A DNA stretch of 63,754 nucleotides, the filler included, from Collodictyon triciliatum (taxonomy: Eukaryota), in assembly GCA_043381765.1 (NCBI GenBank). It is 4 parts of 4 records of this genome, joined end to end, with 100 filler letters (N's around TTAATTAATTAA, not from the genome) between each part and the next. Parts side by side here need not be neighbours in the genome. Positions count along the whole stretch, not along the records: positions 20,623 to 37,123 come from JBHJMP010001234.1; positions 37,224 to 57,596 come from JBHJMP010001239.1; 2 more parts are not named here. One strand, given 5' to 3'. Below, one piece after another: positions 26,149 to 39,045 of this stretch (its first letter is position 1; every line of letters starts with the position of its first letter). Under the pieces are notes generated by a model. It saw nothing but the letters and a program-made list of their open reading frames with translations. It searched no databases and was not told the DNA's origin. The position numbers and the translations under genes were made by a program.

Positions 26149-27102
26149 CGTAATAGACAGCCTCTTATCTTTGCTATTATTCTGAAAAAAAATTAATTAT
26201 TGTGCACTATGAACAAACGCTTTCATCTTTGTTGTCACTACTTCTGCATGTTTTACTGGAGTCGCGTTAAAACTGGGTAACTTTTTTTTCAATTACATGG
26301 CCATAGGCTCCCAAAAGGATATCAAGCGGGCGAGGCACTTTCGAAAACTTTTTGGGGGAGGTTGGAGACAGGCAAGAATTCATCATTCGTGTATGTTTCC
26401 CCGTTTTTTAAAAAGAAAAAAAGAAAAAGGTTAGTTGTGCGGCTGCCAAGTTGCTTTACTAACCCTGTGCTTTATTTACGAAATGTATGAATAAAAAAAT
26501 CCAAGGCTGGCGGCTTAGCTGGAGCAGCTTTGTATGCACTGAGCTCGAACTGGCTGAATATGTATCAAGACCATGAGCTTACCCAGCATTTATATCATGG
26601 TACTGACAAATAGAGCAAAAATATCTTTCTCATCGAATCTCATAGAAGTCATAAAGGTGCATTATTTTTTAAAAATTATATTATGTGAAAAACAGAACTC
26701 GGTTCAATTGGCTATGCGTGCGAGCCACCCGAAACCAACATGCTCTGGGTTAATGTGGGTGATAAAGAAAGAAACTGGGATGAAATCATTCGATTGCTCA
26801 GGGAGCAGGTTCACTATTACAATATGAATTGCAAAATACGAAATATGAGGACATCTCTTTGTTTCGTAATATCTGAAAGACTTTGCTCGGTTTTCTTCAT
26901 CGTATTTCTGTTACCGACATAGCTGGTGTGGTGAGATAGAAATGCAAGTAATCAGAAAAGTCAGATCCTTAAACGCTCTCCATTTGCCCAGAATGTTCGG
27001 ATAAGTCCTCCTTACCAGGGAAAAATGAGGCTGGTATCCCACTTTCAAATCGAGCCAACTCATGTCGAAACACTTATTCGCGTGCTGCGCAACTTTCGCT
27101 GA
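24459..27102 (+). CDS. Low-specificity L-threonine aldolase (GLY1/LtaE family, PLP-dependent), multi-exon
   Basis: Spliced motifs DFRSDT|VT, LGDDVYG|EDHTV, PT|GTMTNQ, HIYNYESGG, ALENT, HLDGARLWNA, SLCFSKGLGAPIGS (PLP lysine), GGGWRQ|AG, PETNML. Confidence 0.94.
24686..24801 (+). repeat. poly-T followed by (TTGTTATTG)n in threonine aldolase intron 1
   Basis: Direct inspection. Confidence 0.92.
26052..26148 (+). repeat. (TTA)n microsatellite in threonine aldolase intron
   Basis: Direct inspection. Confidence 0.95.
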
Positions 27103-27360
27103 TTGACATCACTAAATTATTATAAAACTGATTGTGTATTCAACACGTTTACATTAAAGTTTCTGGCGATGATGATGATGATGGCAAAGTGTCTATTAGG
27201 TCATTTTATTTTTATTTTTGGTTTTTTCTGTTGTAACAAAGCTGCTTTCCTTTTTCTTTTTCTTTTAATAAAAAAGTTTGATTGAATACCTCCTCACCGG
27301 TTTGATGAGACGAACATTTTTTTGGGTATTGCGATACAAACTTGTGTAATTATTTCCATT

Positions 27361-28183
27361 TCACCAGTCTTTTTGCTCATTTGTTTTGTTCCAGCGGGCA
27401 TAAAACAACTCAAACTCTTTCCCATGGTATGTGACTACTTTGTCGCGCTTTTCAAACTCGATGTCATTGGAATGTCCAATCAAGTTTCGGGTGATATGTG
27501 ATATGTTCACACAGCCAGGGGTGCCATTTGACTCCATCTTAGATGCGACGTTGACATTTTCTCCCCATATATCAAACACCTTTGTAGAAAAAATATTAGG
27601 ATTCAGCACAAAATAAATTATCTCTTGAAGTATTACACCACACAAGAAGTTGATTGTGGCATGCTTGTCCATTCGACAGCACATAGCCAGACACGAGAGT
27701 TCCTAGTCTATACCATCTTGCTTGCCCCGATGATACCGCCAACCACATTGCCGCTGTGGACACCAATGCGTACGTTGACACGCAATCCTTCAATTTCCGG
27801 AAGTGCCTGGACAATGCGCACCATCTCCAAGGCCATTTCAACCGCGACCTAATGTTAAAGTGTGAATATTGTCCATTATTACAATTTTGTTAATTAGTAA
27901 CTACAATCCATGTCTTTACAAAGCTGTCATCGTGTAGTTCGTGAAGCATTCATACCTTAGCGTGGTCCTCTCTTGGATACGGAAGGCCTGCCACTACCAT
28001 ATATGCATCACCTACAGTATCACGTTCTATTGAGATGCCACTGCCGCGTACAATGGAGCACTATCGAACTTTCGACCAATTTACACTCCAGACTCAAAAA
28101 AAAATGCAATCTCACCTATGGTTTTTATCTTCTCCAGTCCCTTTCTTTCAGCAACTTCATCAACCTTTTATAATAATCGGTTG

Positions 28184-28215
<32 letters not shown>

Positions 28216-28246
28216 CATCTTTAATTATTTTTTTTATTATTTGGTA

Positions 28247-28278
<32 letters not shown>

Positions 28279-31200
28279 GACCGCATTACATAATTGTTAT
28301 CATAATTCGGTATTCTACTCTATAAAAAACATGTATCTGGGATAAATAAATTTGTATGATTAATGTATGAATTGATGGGGCTAAGGGGCTGCACCTGCGA
28401 GAAGAGGCTGTTTAGCATGGTGACGATACTTCTAGCGTCCAGTTTAGAAGAAAGAACAGTAAATCTAGAATCATATAAGCCCAGGAAATGAGTGCTAGTC
28501 TTAAGATGAAGCCTTTTTCAGTCACAGAAGGTGAAAATAAAAAAATTCATAATATCGTCATACCCCACAATATCGGCAAACATGATGCTTGCATTTGGAT
28601 ATGTATCAATCAACTTTCCATCACCTTCCCTCATTTTCTTGATGACCGTTTCTGGCAGAATGTTATCTTTGATGAAATGAAAGAGATTTATAAGTACTTT
28701 TATATAAGTTGCATGCTCATTTGCCATTTCCTGAAGAATATTTTACATAAAAGCCTCTCTGATTCCTCTCTTTGCCGAATTACTCTTGCCCTCTCCTCGT
28801 CTGCGAGATGAGACAGCAAAAACTCTCTCCTAATTTTGTGCAAGTTTAAAAAAAAATGTGCTGTGTGGAAAACATAATGGATATTTATATATTGTTTTTG
28901 TTACTTAGAAGAGTGTACCTTTGGTGTTTTTCAGCAAAAATCATGTTCACGAAGTTGAAAAATGCGACATTACAGAACATTAAGTTTGCCAGTATATCAT
29001 AACCATGGTCGAGATGAATTGTAAACTGTATAATCTAATGGATTAGAAGTTAATTGGGTTCATAATTCAAAAAAGTCGAAATTTCATATGGCCAATCACC
29101 TCGAAAGCGGCAAAGACTACGTTGGCAGTATTGTTTGCTATCTTGAATGGAATGTTCGAGCTCATGAACATTATAATCGATATCATGCATAGGGATATCC
29201 AGGATAATCGAACAGAGGATGAACCTTGAGACCTTCAAACAATTTTTGGTTCAGCCCAGGAAAAATTGCGTTTATCATGAATAAAAAAAAAAGATTTTTT
29301 TTTTGTAGAACCCCATGTATCCTGTTTCACAACCTGAATAAAGCGAACAGTACAAGATTTCCAGCGTTTGCCAGGAACAGGTTTACGATATTGAGCTTAA
29401 ATGAGAGATGAACGAATCTGCGGCAGATAGCCATATTCAAGAGCTAAAATAGGTTAAGCGATTGTCAGGTGAAGCTGAAGAGTATGGATACTGAAAAAAT
29501 ATGTAAATTTTCAAAATATACCTGCAACATAGCACATATGCCCATGACAATGTAATACACTGATATGTCCTCAGTGCGAAAACGCAGTAAGTAGACTCCC
29601 AGAGCCATCTCAACAAGAACAATATAAAGAGTTGTTTTCATCATACTTTCTTCAACTATTATTTCCTGGAGACGAACAAATTTTTTCTCAAGCTCAGGGT
29701 CTGAGAAATACCACATCACTTTCATCTGCGCCTTTATCTGTGCATCCATTTGTGCATCGAGTTCCTGGCTTCTTTTTAATATTGCCTCCCTAGCTTTTCT
29801 CCTGCGCCTTGATTCCTTCGTTTTTTCTCCATCTTTTCCATTTACTTCGTCATTATTCTCGCTTCTGGGGCTGGCACTTGTTTCACCGTTTTTCACACAC
29901 TCTGTTTTTTTGTATTGTTCATGCGTTCATATACATTTTCTGAAGATAAGACATTTCTTTACACTCAATCTAAGAACTCAGAAAAAAAAAGAGAAGCAAA
30001 AGTTGGAGTTTCAAGTATACCTTGTAGCTGTCCTTCATCCATCTTTGTTGCGTTTGGAATTTGCATAACAGGGGTTATCTCTATCCTTTCGACAGCGTTT
30101 AACTTCCTTCAAAATATTCATCAGTTTGTATTGGAGGGGTTTTTTAATGAGGATGTCCTTATACTTTTAATCAAGGAAAGGAGGAAGTAAGAAATTCCTG
30201 GTAATTAAATATAATACTTTGATATCAAAAAGTAAGTCTGCATCTCTCCTTTTCCCTTGACTTGAATGACTGGCCTCTTTTCAAACTCGAATTCATCCTT
30301 GAGAAGCTCGAAAACCGTTGTCGTTACATGAATCTGATTTGTTTCACCGTGTGATTGCATTCTGCTGGCTGTTTAAGATGTTTAAGAAAAATATGATACT
30401 TCTAAAAGAAAAAATCTTTAAACAAATATTTTTGATTTTTGTTTGCTGTCAAAAAAAATTTTTTTAATGTCACCTGTGTTGACGGAGTCTCCCCACAAAT
30501 CGTACAGAAATTTTGTTTTACCTCAAGATTGAGTTTTTTTTTTTTAAAAAAAAAAAAAAAAGCTCAGGCAATACTTTTGCAGACTAGGGGCACGTATATT
30601 CAGGTTATTTGATGGGTATCATTTTTTTTTCCTTTATTCGATTCAAAGATTTGATGGGTATCATAATTGTGTTTGAAGAATAAGATATATAACTATACCT
30701 ATCACGCCAGCCACAACTGGACCTGTGTGCATTCCTATTGTAATCGATAGATCTTTGTTTTTCATAGCTGACATGCCTTTTAACTAGTGGTAGGAATGTT
30801 TTCATCGTACAGAGATTTTTTTTTATTCTTCTTTTCAATTTTTTATTTCATCGAACAATAATAATGATGATAAATTGGTAGATGCGAATAAGTTATTATT
30901 TTAATTCATCTTCAATTCATTTATTAAATTTTTTACAGCTCTGAGAACATCGAGCGCAAAATTTGCCATAGTGCGACTGCTTTCTTTGGGAGGAAGGGGT
31001 TCAGGGAGTCCACACGCTACTAGGTATGCTGATTCGTATTTATAAGAAAAAAATCATTTGTGCGTGATATGCTCTGACTCAGGTAACAAATTCTGGAGAA
31101 CGATGTGCAAATGTCCTACCGTCGCCGATTGTTTTAATCTTTTCCAATTTATGGATAAAAGTCAGCTTGTCGAAGGTCGACACAATATCGTTCAGAAGCT

Positions 31201-32892
31201 GAATAGCATCTACAGGGCTCATAGAATGGGATATGTCGGTCCATCCCACTAGGTCAGCAAACAATACAGTGGCATAGTTGTAACCATCGGATATGACCTA
31301 TGAGAAAATCAACTTGCTTGTAAATTTATAAGACATTTCATTGGTTATGTCTGAAGAAAAAATGTTTGACCTCTTCTTTTTCCATCAGGCGTGTGGCGAT
31401 CTTGCCAGGCAATATGTTAAGCAGTAATTTTTCCTAGTTGGCGCACGAGTTTTTAAATAATTTGGTTGAGACCTCTCGTAAGCGCCCTGTAAAATTGCAA
31501 AAGAAAATAGTTTTTACCGTTATAATCTTTTCCTTGGCCACTTCTTCTGTGTGTTTTAGAATACCGGCTCGACGAACCTGTATTCAGTGCAAATCAGTCA
31601 TTTTTTTATGTGCTATGCCTCAATGGTATCCATTTGTCTAAAAAAAACCTCTTGATTTCGATGCCTCTTTTCATTTGCGTAGCTCGCTCCAGCAAGGGCG
31701 TAGGTAACGATGCAGATTGAAACGAAATTTTCTAGAAAATCAAATGGCTCCATGTTGTCTAAGAATGCCATTTGGATAAAGTAGATGATATCGATTCCCA
31801 GAGAAAGCTGCACGGCCATCTTTTTTTTTTTGAAGAAAAGTGGGAATTGTTATTTGTTTAGATATTTTGCATGGGTATGATTGGAATCGATTTTATGGAT
31901 GCTTACCTTGAATGAAAACCGGAGTGCCATGAATGTAGCGACATGTCCAAAATTATAGACGATGAACATGGAGCGTGAGTCATTTGCTTGTAAATTATAT
32001 TCGTTGGACATTTCGGCGTAATCCAGCTGCCGCTCGACCCCTAGCCCAATTATATTGTAATAAAGCACAGCAATCATAAGTGGGAGGTGGATGGCTCGGA
32101 AGTTCCTGAGGTGCAAGAGAAATATCATTGAGAATATTTACATAAGAAGCCCAATTAAGGATTTCTAGAAAGACTGGTTGTTGTTGTTGTTTTTTTAATA
32201 AAATGGGAAAAGGGATTATGTGTCATAATATAAAGTGTAGGAGGTAAGAGGTAACTTGACTTGTACTGGACGGTGTGGTTTTCACTTACTTCAACTTTGA
32301 AAAGAGGAAAAAGGTGAATGTACCGAACCCTAGGACCCAATGGAGGATAAATACTATTTGAGGAGACTCTTGAATCATTGTGTACCCAACAAAGAACAAG
32401 TAGATAACGGGGATGACGAAGCAGAACGCAATGTGCGTTTGAAGGGCACCAAAAAAGTATTTCTCCATAAAGTCCTCCTCTAATTCTCGATCCTGCGATG
32501 GTGTCAGTGGAGTGTGGTAAGAAAGGGTGGTGCGCATTTTTGTCTACAGCAGGACTTCTCCGTAATATCGGGTTGAATGTTTCTTTGGATTGTAAGAGTC
32601 TTGCATTTGCACGGATTCCAAAAACAAAGGAAGAAATAAAGAAAAACAACATAATTACCTGAAAAGTGAGCCAATGTGTCATTGCGAACTTGCTTTTGAC
32701 TTCTTTCGCGATTGCTTCATCCACTCCATGCCCCCCGCTGTTGCGGTTCCAGACAGCCGACAGGTCTCCAAGGTCCAGACCCGTGGATGTGGTAGATGAT
32801 AGGGACATTCTCAGTAACCCTTTCTCGTCATCAACACTCGTCCCCATGACTTTCGTCACAAGTGAAGCAGCGTCTTTTTTCGGTGTGCTCAT
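27361..32892 (-). CDS. Class III membrane adenylyl cyclase, 6TM-cyclase-6TM-cyclase architecture, multi-exon
   Basis: C1: EKLLLNILP, LFADLVGWT, LEKIKTIGD|AY, IGMHTGPVVAGVI|GKTKFLYDLWGDSVNT|ASRMQS, VKGKGEMQTY. C2: ERLL|YNILP, MFADIVG|FT, LEKIKTI|GDAY, IGVHSGNVVGGIIG, VFDIWGENVNVASKMES. Six hydrophobic segments precede each domain. Lys/Asp specificity residues indicate ATP. An additional upstream exon cannot be excluded. Confidence 0.92.
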
Positions 32893-34079
32893 GGCCAGTA
32901 ATTCAGCTTTACTATATGTACTTTATATGAGGTAAAAAAAAAAAAAGAGTAAAAAATTACACGGCAAAAACAACTGAATGCTTTTCTTTTGCAACTATAG
33001 AAAAATAAGGTTGTTGGCACTGCTCCACTCTTTATCAATAGAGCGGAAGAGAATAAACGCTGGCAAACGAATTGATCCAAGTGTCGGCGAGAGGTGTGGT
33101 AGCAATATTCCACTTGGAAAGATCGTGTTGCAGACTGACTGTGCGTCCCTTCTCTTGTAGCTGTCCCTTTGTTCAGTATATTTGCATTCTCAATTTCGAC
33201 GGTTGTTTTTGTTGAGTTGCAAATAGCGCAGATCGGCCGACGAAACACAACGTATCGAAGCCCTTGCAGGTGACGACGGCACAGAATTTGGGCTGCGAGT
33301 GCGCAGAAGCACCGTTTCGGCTGATTTTCGAGAAATGTTTCCGGGTTTCGGTTACTTTCCTCCGCTTCGAAAAGACTTCTTTGAATTTTACAAATATCCA
33401 TAAATGGATATGCCTATTTTCGGAACAGGTGCTACAAAATATATAGGAAATCGTCGAATGACAGTAATTTTTGATAAATCTATATATGTATGTCGGTTAG
33501 AATGTACAGAAAAGGATAAATTTGAATTTGCCGTTTTCCTGCATGCCAATATGTGGAAATTATAGTTTTTCAATTTTGTATATCTACAAAACTCTTATAA
33601 TCTGTATTATAATGAATATAATATACATAGCATTCATTATCTTACATATATTACAGCTCAATTTAAAAAACCTCGGTGGTAGTGGCATGCTTTTCCAGTT
33701 ATGGACACAGAATGATTTCCCTGTCGCTACCGAACCAGCCAAGCCATTTTTGGTAATGGGTACGGCAAACGGCGCGGGAGACAAACAAAAACGAAGGGTT
33801 TTGACGCGGAAAGGATTCGGATTGCATCTGTTTGGCGAAGCGTGTACTCGCGTCCTATTTGTCTGTGGTTTTTTTCTTTTCTTTTCGGTGACGAATAATT
33901 CTTTCGAGAGCCTCGGAGATAAAAGGAGCACAACCACCCAAAATGTAGTGGGATGACCCTTGTGGCCTTGCTCCTTCACTGCGATGCGCACACCCATGTT
34001 CGGGTGAGCTTCTCTGCTAGGGCGAGTATTTCTTGAAGGAGATACATAGAAGAAGGCAAGATATAACACTTGATTATTT

Positions 34080-34338
34080 TTCTTTTGTTTTTTGTTTTAT
34101 TTTGTTTCTTGTTTCTTGTTTCTTGTTTTTTTGTTTTTTGTTTTTGTTTTTTGTTTTTTTTTTTTTTTTTTTTTTTTTGTTTTTTGTTTTTTGTTTTTTG
34201 TTTTTGTTTTTTGTTTTTTGTTTTTTGTTTTTTGTTTTTTGTTTTTTGTTTTTGTTTTTTTTTTTGTTTTTTGTTTTTTGTTTTTTGTTGTTTGTTTTTG
34301 TTTTTGTTTTTGTCTTTGTTTTTGTCTTTGTTTTTGTT
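34080..34338 (+). repeat. (TTTTTTG/TTTTTG)n low-complexity repeat
   Basis: Direct inspection. Confidence 0.95.
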
Positions 34339-34525
34339 ACGTGAAAGCTGTCCAAATCATCACATTCCCTTGCTGATCAGCGCGATTTGACCGCGCGTTT
34401 TCCAATATGTGTCGTATCAGTGCAAAGTCGATGTACTGATATACCGTTGACTCTTATCACCTAAATATATATCGAAGACATTCCGATACACTTCACAATA
34501 TGGTTTATTCCTTTCTTTAAGCAGA

Positions 34526-36822
34526 ATGAGTACCTACGCAGAACGGACAAAGTATGACCACGAGCCCACCCGCAATCCAGATTTAATCGTAAATTACCGA
34601 GAGCCGTTCAATGCAGAGCCAAAACCCTATGAGCTGACCTCAGATTTTCTCACTCCGAGTCATCTATTTTTCATCCGAAATCATGGGGCTGTTCCTGTAA
34701 TCGACGAAGAATCCTTCCGAGTGATTGTAACAGGACTTGTATCCAACCCATTTGTTTTCTCCGTGGCTGACCTGAAGCGAAGATACAAAGAATACCATGT
34801 TACGGCAGTAATCCAGGTAATACGTTTTTATAACGAAAGCATGCACCACGATTGTTTATTTGTCTTTGCACGTTGTTTGTATCACATGCTCAAATCGGGA
34901 CCAACATTATTTGTTTATTGTCTGTTCTAGTGTGGCGGAAATCGAAGAACGGAGTTGGCACAGATAAGCCCTGTGGATGGGGTTGGATGGGGTCCGGGTG
35001 TTGTTGGGAATGCAAAATGGACGGGGGTGTTGCTTCGCGATGTTCTCTCTACAGCTCAAATCCTATCGCCCGAGGAAGGGGCATTGCACGTAGAGTTTGA
35101 AGGCCTTGACAAGATGACCTTCCTAAGCACTGTGGACACCGAGGATGAACACGTTGTTCATGCTGCACGACCTCGCCTTGCAGGCTTTGGGGCATCAATT
35201 CCCGTTGAAAAGGCCATGTTAGTTTCCTTTCGTATCTTCGAATAGTGAAATAAGCGTAATATGTCTCATAAGAGTAAAACCATATTTAGTCTGACAATTT
35301 TTCTCTTTTCCATAGGAGTGCTGTTGGTGATGTTCTTCTGGCATACAAGGTCAGGATGATGAGCGTCAAATATTTCATTGATAGACACAGGATGATTAAT
35401 GCGTTATTTAACAATTCGACTGGAGGCACTAGCAAATATTCGTCGCCTCTAAAAGTTTTCACACCAGATGAACGACCAAGACCTGACCCCAGACCATGGG
35501 TATCCGCTTCGCGTCATTGTTCCTGGATTCATCGGTGCAAGAAGTGTCAAGTGGCTATGGAGGATAAATGTCCAAGCCAGGGAAAGTGTGAATTTCTTCA
35601 TGAGCAAGGACTACCGTGTGTTTCCCAACTACGTAACCATATTTCTCACGTCCACAACGGAAAAAAAAAGGCCTGATAGATTTGGACTATATTATCTAAT
35701 TAATATGAGCTAATTTCCCTCCCATTCTTTTTTAAAATAACATACTTGACATGAACCAGGTGACACTGGAAGATGCTGACTGGGACAGTGTCACCTCCTT
35801 GCAAGAAAACTCTGTTCAGGTTTGTCTTGTGGCTTTCCTTTCTGCAAGCAAATATCAGCGATTGATAATCCCCAAGATATCTGGTTGCCTTTTGTGACAT
35901 TGATGACGCTAGTATATTTTTCTTTTATTTTCTAGAATTGACGTATACAATAATAATTTTTTCTATTTCGATAGCACTCATAAAAAAAAAACATAATCGT
36001 AAAAGAGAAAAACATCTAGTGTGCAATCTGCAGTCCTTGGGTCTCTGAAAAAGAACAACTTAAGCTGCGACCGGGCACTTACACAATATTGGTGTGTGTC
36101 TCAAGTTATGCACAAAGTCAATCTTGAACCTCTGTGACATTCTAAAGGGCATGCAGAAAGGCATGTGATTTGGCTCACTTCCTAATATCAACGTGTCATA
36201 TAGGGATATGCCCTCTCGGGTGGGGGTCGCAAGATTGTTCGCGTCGAGATATCCGTGGATAATGGGAAAAACTGGATTGCGGCTGATATCAAGCACGAGG
36301 CAAGTCAATCATATCTCTGGGCAGTTTGAATTGCTGACATTGTACCGTAATCAATCCACCGCACCAACAAATGCATTTTCATGCGTGATACCACAGGAAA
36401 AATCACGGCCATATGCGCGGCACTGGTCGTGGAGTCTGTGGGAAAAACGCATCCATATCCAGCCTCCTTGCGTCCTAGCAGCGCGAGCCTGTATGTACAG
36501 ATTGCTGATGAACCCAACAGAGTCTCATTTCTATGACACTATATTTTGAGATATGGAGAATAACTCCCACGCACTAAGACTGAGTGCGTTCGCGCATTCG
36601 AAAGGAAAAGAAAAAATGATGCTGTGAGGAATATCAAATGAAATCAGATAATCTTCAACTCACGTACAATCTCATCATTACCTTCACTCAACACTTTTAG
36701 GGGATTCGGCCAACAACACAATGCCAGAGGACGCGAAGGGCATTTGGAACTTCCGCGGGCTGATGAACAATTCATGGTTCCGTGTTGACATAGGTCTATT
36801 GGAGTCTGCACCAAAACTCTAG
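34526..36822 (+). CDS. Sulfite oxidase (Moco + dimerisation domains, no cytochrome b5 domain), 9 exons
   Basis: PFNAEP, FFIRNHGAVP, IQ|CGGNRR (Mo-ligating Cys), VGNAKWTGVLLRDVL, ASIP, DHGYPLRVIVPGFIGARSVKWL, GYALSGGGRKIVRVEIS, IWNFRGLMNNSW; ends ESAPKL*. Confidence 0.93.
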
Positions 36823-37123
36823 GCGAGGATTCGGATTGTGTCGTGCATCCTTTTCTTCCTCCCGATGTTGAGAGGAGAAGAAGAACAAAATATTAAAGTA
36901 CTTGAACAAATTTAACACATTTATCGATAAGTGGGGCTGTGATAGTACACTTTAGATAGTTCGAAATCAACCACCAAGTCATGTCTATCAACTTGAAAAA
37001 GAGTCATCCAACACAAATGTTATTCTTTATGTGAATACATGCCGATTCTCATTCTCTTGAATTTATGGCGTTTCTTTTATGATGTTTATTTTTCTGTATT
37101 TTTTTTTTTTTTTTTGTGTGTGT

Positions 37124-37223
37124 NNNNNNNNNNNNNNNNNNNNNNNNNNNNNNNNNNNNNNNNNNNNTTAATTAATTAANNNNNNNNNNNNNNNNNNNNN
37201 NNNNNNNNNNNNNNNNNNNNNNN
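37124..37223. other. Artificial contig spacer
   Basis: N-run / TTAATTAATTAA / N-run. Confidence 0.98.
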
Positions 37224-37320
37224 ACAATACAATACAATACAATACAATACAATACAATACAATACAATACAATACAATACAATACAATACAATACAATAC
37301 AATACAATACAATACAATAC
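37224..37320 (+). repeat. (ACAAT)n microsatellite at contig start
   Basis: Direct inspection. Confidence 0.95.
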
Positions 37321-37397
37321 ATCAAAATAAATCACCAAACTGGCTCTAAACTCCCGCCCAATAACTCCAGGAAACAAAACATATAGAGCAGCCGTGT

Positions 37398-38460
37398 ATG
37401 TCGTTCATACTCCTTCGCTCCTCTGTGAAGATCCTTGAGTCTACAGGAAGTCGCTGGCAAGTCTAACACATCCCCTCACGCTATGACTTTCAAAACGAAC
37501 CTACCACACATACATGCCCGACTTGTGAAAGCCCACGCCAACACCGAATACAAGAAGCCAACCATTAAAATTCAGAAATAAAATTACCTATATATATTGG
37601 AAAGAGGATGAGAAATGAAAGAAGCTCTATAATACAAAACACACAAGGTTTTCTGTGCTGAGTAGTCGAGCCCCGGTCATTCCCAGATTGCCCTTGCAGC
37701 GTCTCAGCACAGCGTTTCAAACACCCTGCCGTATGTCTCTGACTGGACCACAGCCTAATTGTTTTGTGCCCATTCGACTTCTGCAGCAGCCGTCCATTTC
37801 CACTATCCTGGGGACGGCTGGCAAAGAGGCATCACGATTGATGCCAAAGAAACCGCCTCATTTGCCTCCGACAGAACCCACAGTCATCTTCGAGTGCCAT
37901 CGCCCCAATCTCTTTCGCGCCTTAACCGGACTCGCAGTCTTGCAATGCGGAATGTGGGCGTTTATGGCACAGACATCATTTATGCTTAACCCTGATGGCC
38001 CGCTATGGCGCCCAGTGTTGTTTGCCGCGACCGGTTTGTTTTTGTTGTTCGCTAGAAATTCATTTTGTTATGTTTTAGATTTGTATTAAAAAAAATTATT
38101 TTTTTATTTAAAACAAAAAAACACGTCCGGGCGAATCGACTAAGAGACTTCTACTTTTCTGCAGGTGCTTTATTTGTTGCGGCTGTTCATGTATTTGGAA
38201 GATTCTATCTTGCCCGCATCACAGTTCTCCCTTACGGCCAACTAACTCTCAGCACACACACCATGCTCGGTGGACTCCGAAATCGCACGCTTTCGTCTTC
38301 ATCAGTCTGCCCAGGGAATGTGGAGTTTACTGAGAAGGGATTGATTAGGTCAAAAAGCTTTCATCGACTGAGACTTGCTGGCGAGTCCTCTGCCTATGTT
38401 GTGGATGTGACGAAAGGCACTATCATCGACCAAGGGAAGCTTATCTCAATGCTTAGTTGA
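37398..38460 (+). CDS. Small two-TM mitochondrial membrane protein, TMEM223-like (main exons 37648-38032 and 38165-38460; first exon tentative)
   Basis: Arg/Ser-rich presequence-like N-terminus, then VIFECHRPNLFRALTGLAVLQCGMWAFMA (TM1), WRPVLFAAT|GALFVAAVHVF (TM2), YLARITVL...LTLSTHT. This layout matches my recollection of TMEM223. Confidence 0.6.
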
Positions 38461-39045
38461 TAACGCATTGCCCACAAGAGTTATGTTTTCGTGGTCGCAC
38501 AAGACAGGGGCCAGTTAACCATTTCGAAATAAAAAAAAAAAAGCAGAAAGCAAATCCAACAAGACTGCTGATTGAAACTCCGGCTGGACTCATTTTTTTT
38601 CTTTATTTGATTCAAAGTCGACTGGACTCATCTAGAACATGTAATATATTATAATTTCCACATATAATTAACAGAATCCTTTTTTGGAATTGGAATCTCA
38701 AGCAAAGCCTCCAGTTTTAATCTCGTTCACAAAAAAAAAGGAAAAAAATAAAAAAACAAAACAAAAAGGACAGATAATAGTCAAAGTTCCATGTGTTAGA
38801 GGCATTCAAAACGCAACGAGACAGAACAACATTTGGAATCAGTTCACCCGAAAACGTCTGCAATAAACCCATCAAGTAACTTAGCCCAAAAATAAAACGC
38901 AAACCCGCACGGAAAAGGCCGGCCTTCAAGACCAACCCAAACGCACAAGCAGAGTATACAAACAAGAAAACAAGTCCATAGCAAAGTCCAACCCGAAGAA
39001 AGTGACCCAATTCCACAAGCTCATTAAGCAAGAAGCTTATCCCCA

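Noticed and set aside
29444..29491. Minus-strand GTATCCAT plus GCTTAAC as another U12 intron in the cyclase gene
   Set aside because: An upstream in-phase CAG|GTATAT donor explains the junction equally well, and the donor lacks the TT at +7/+8.
30607..30664. 16-nt direct repeat ATTTGATGGGTATCAT x2
   Set aside because: Only two copies inside an intron; a local duplication, not CRISPR-like.
31578..31618. 41-nt GC-AG intron in the cyclase gene
   Set aside because: An in-phase GT donor (GAG|GTTTTT) 30 nt upstream gives a more typical intron length.
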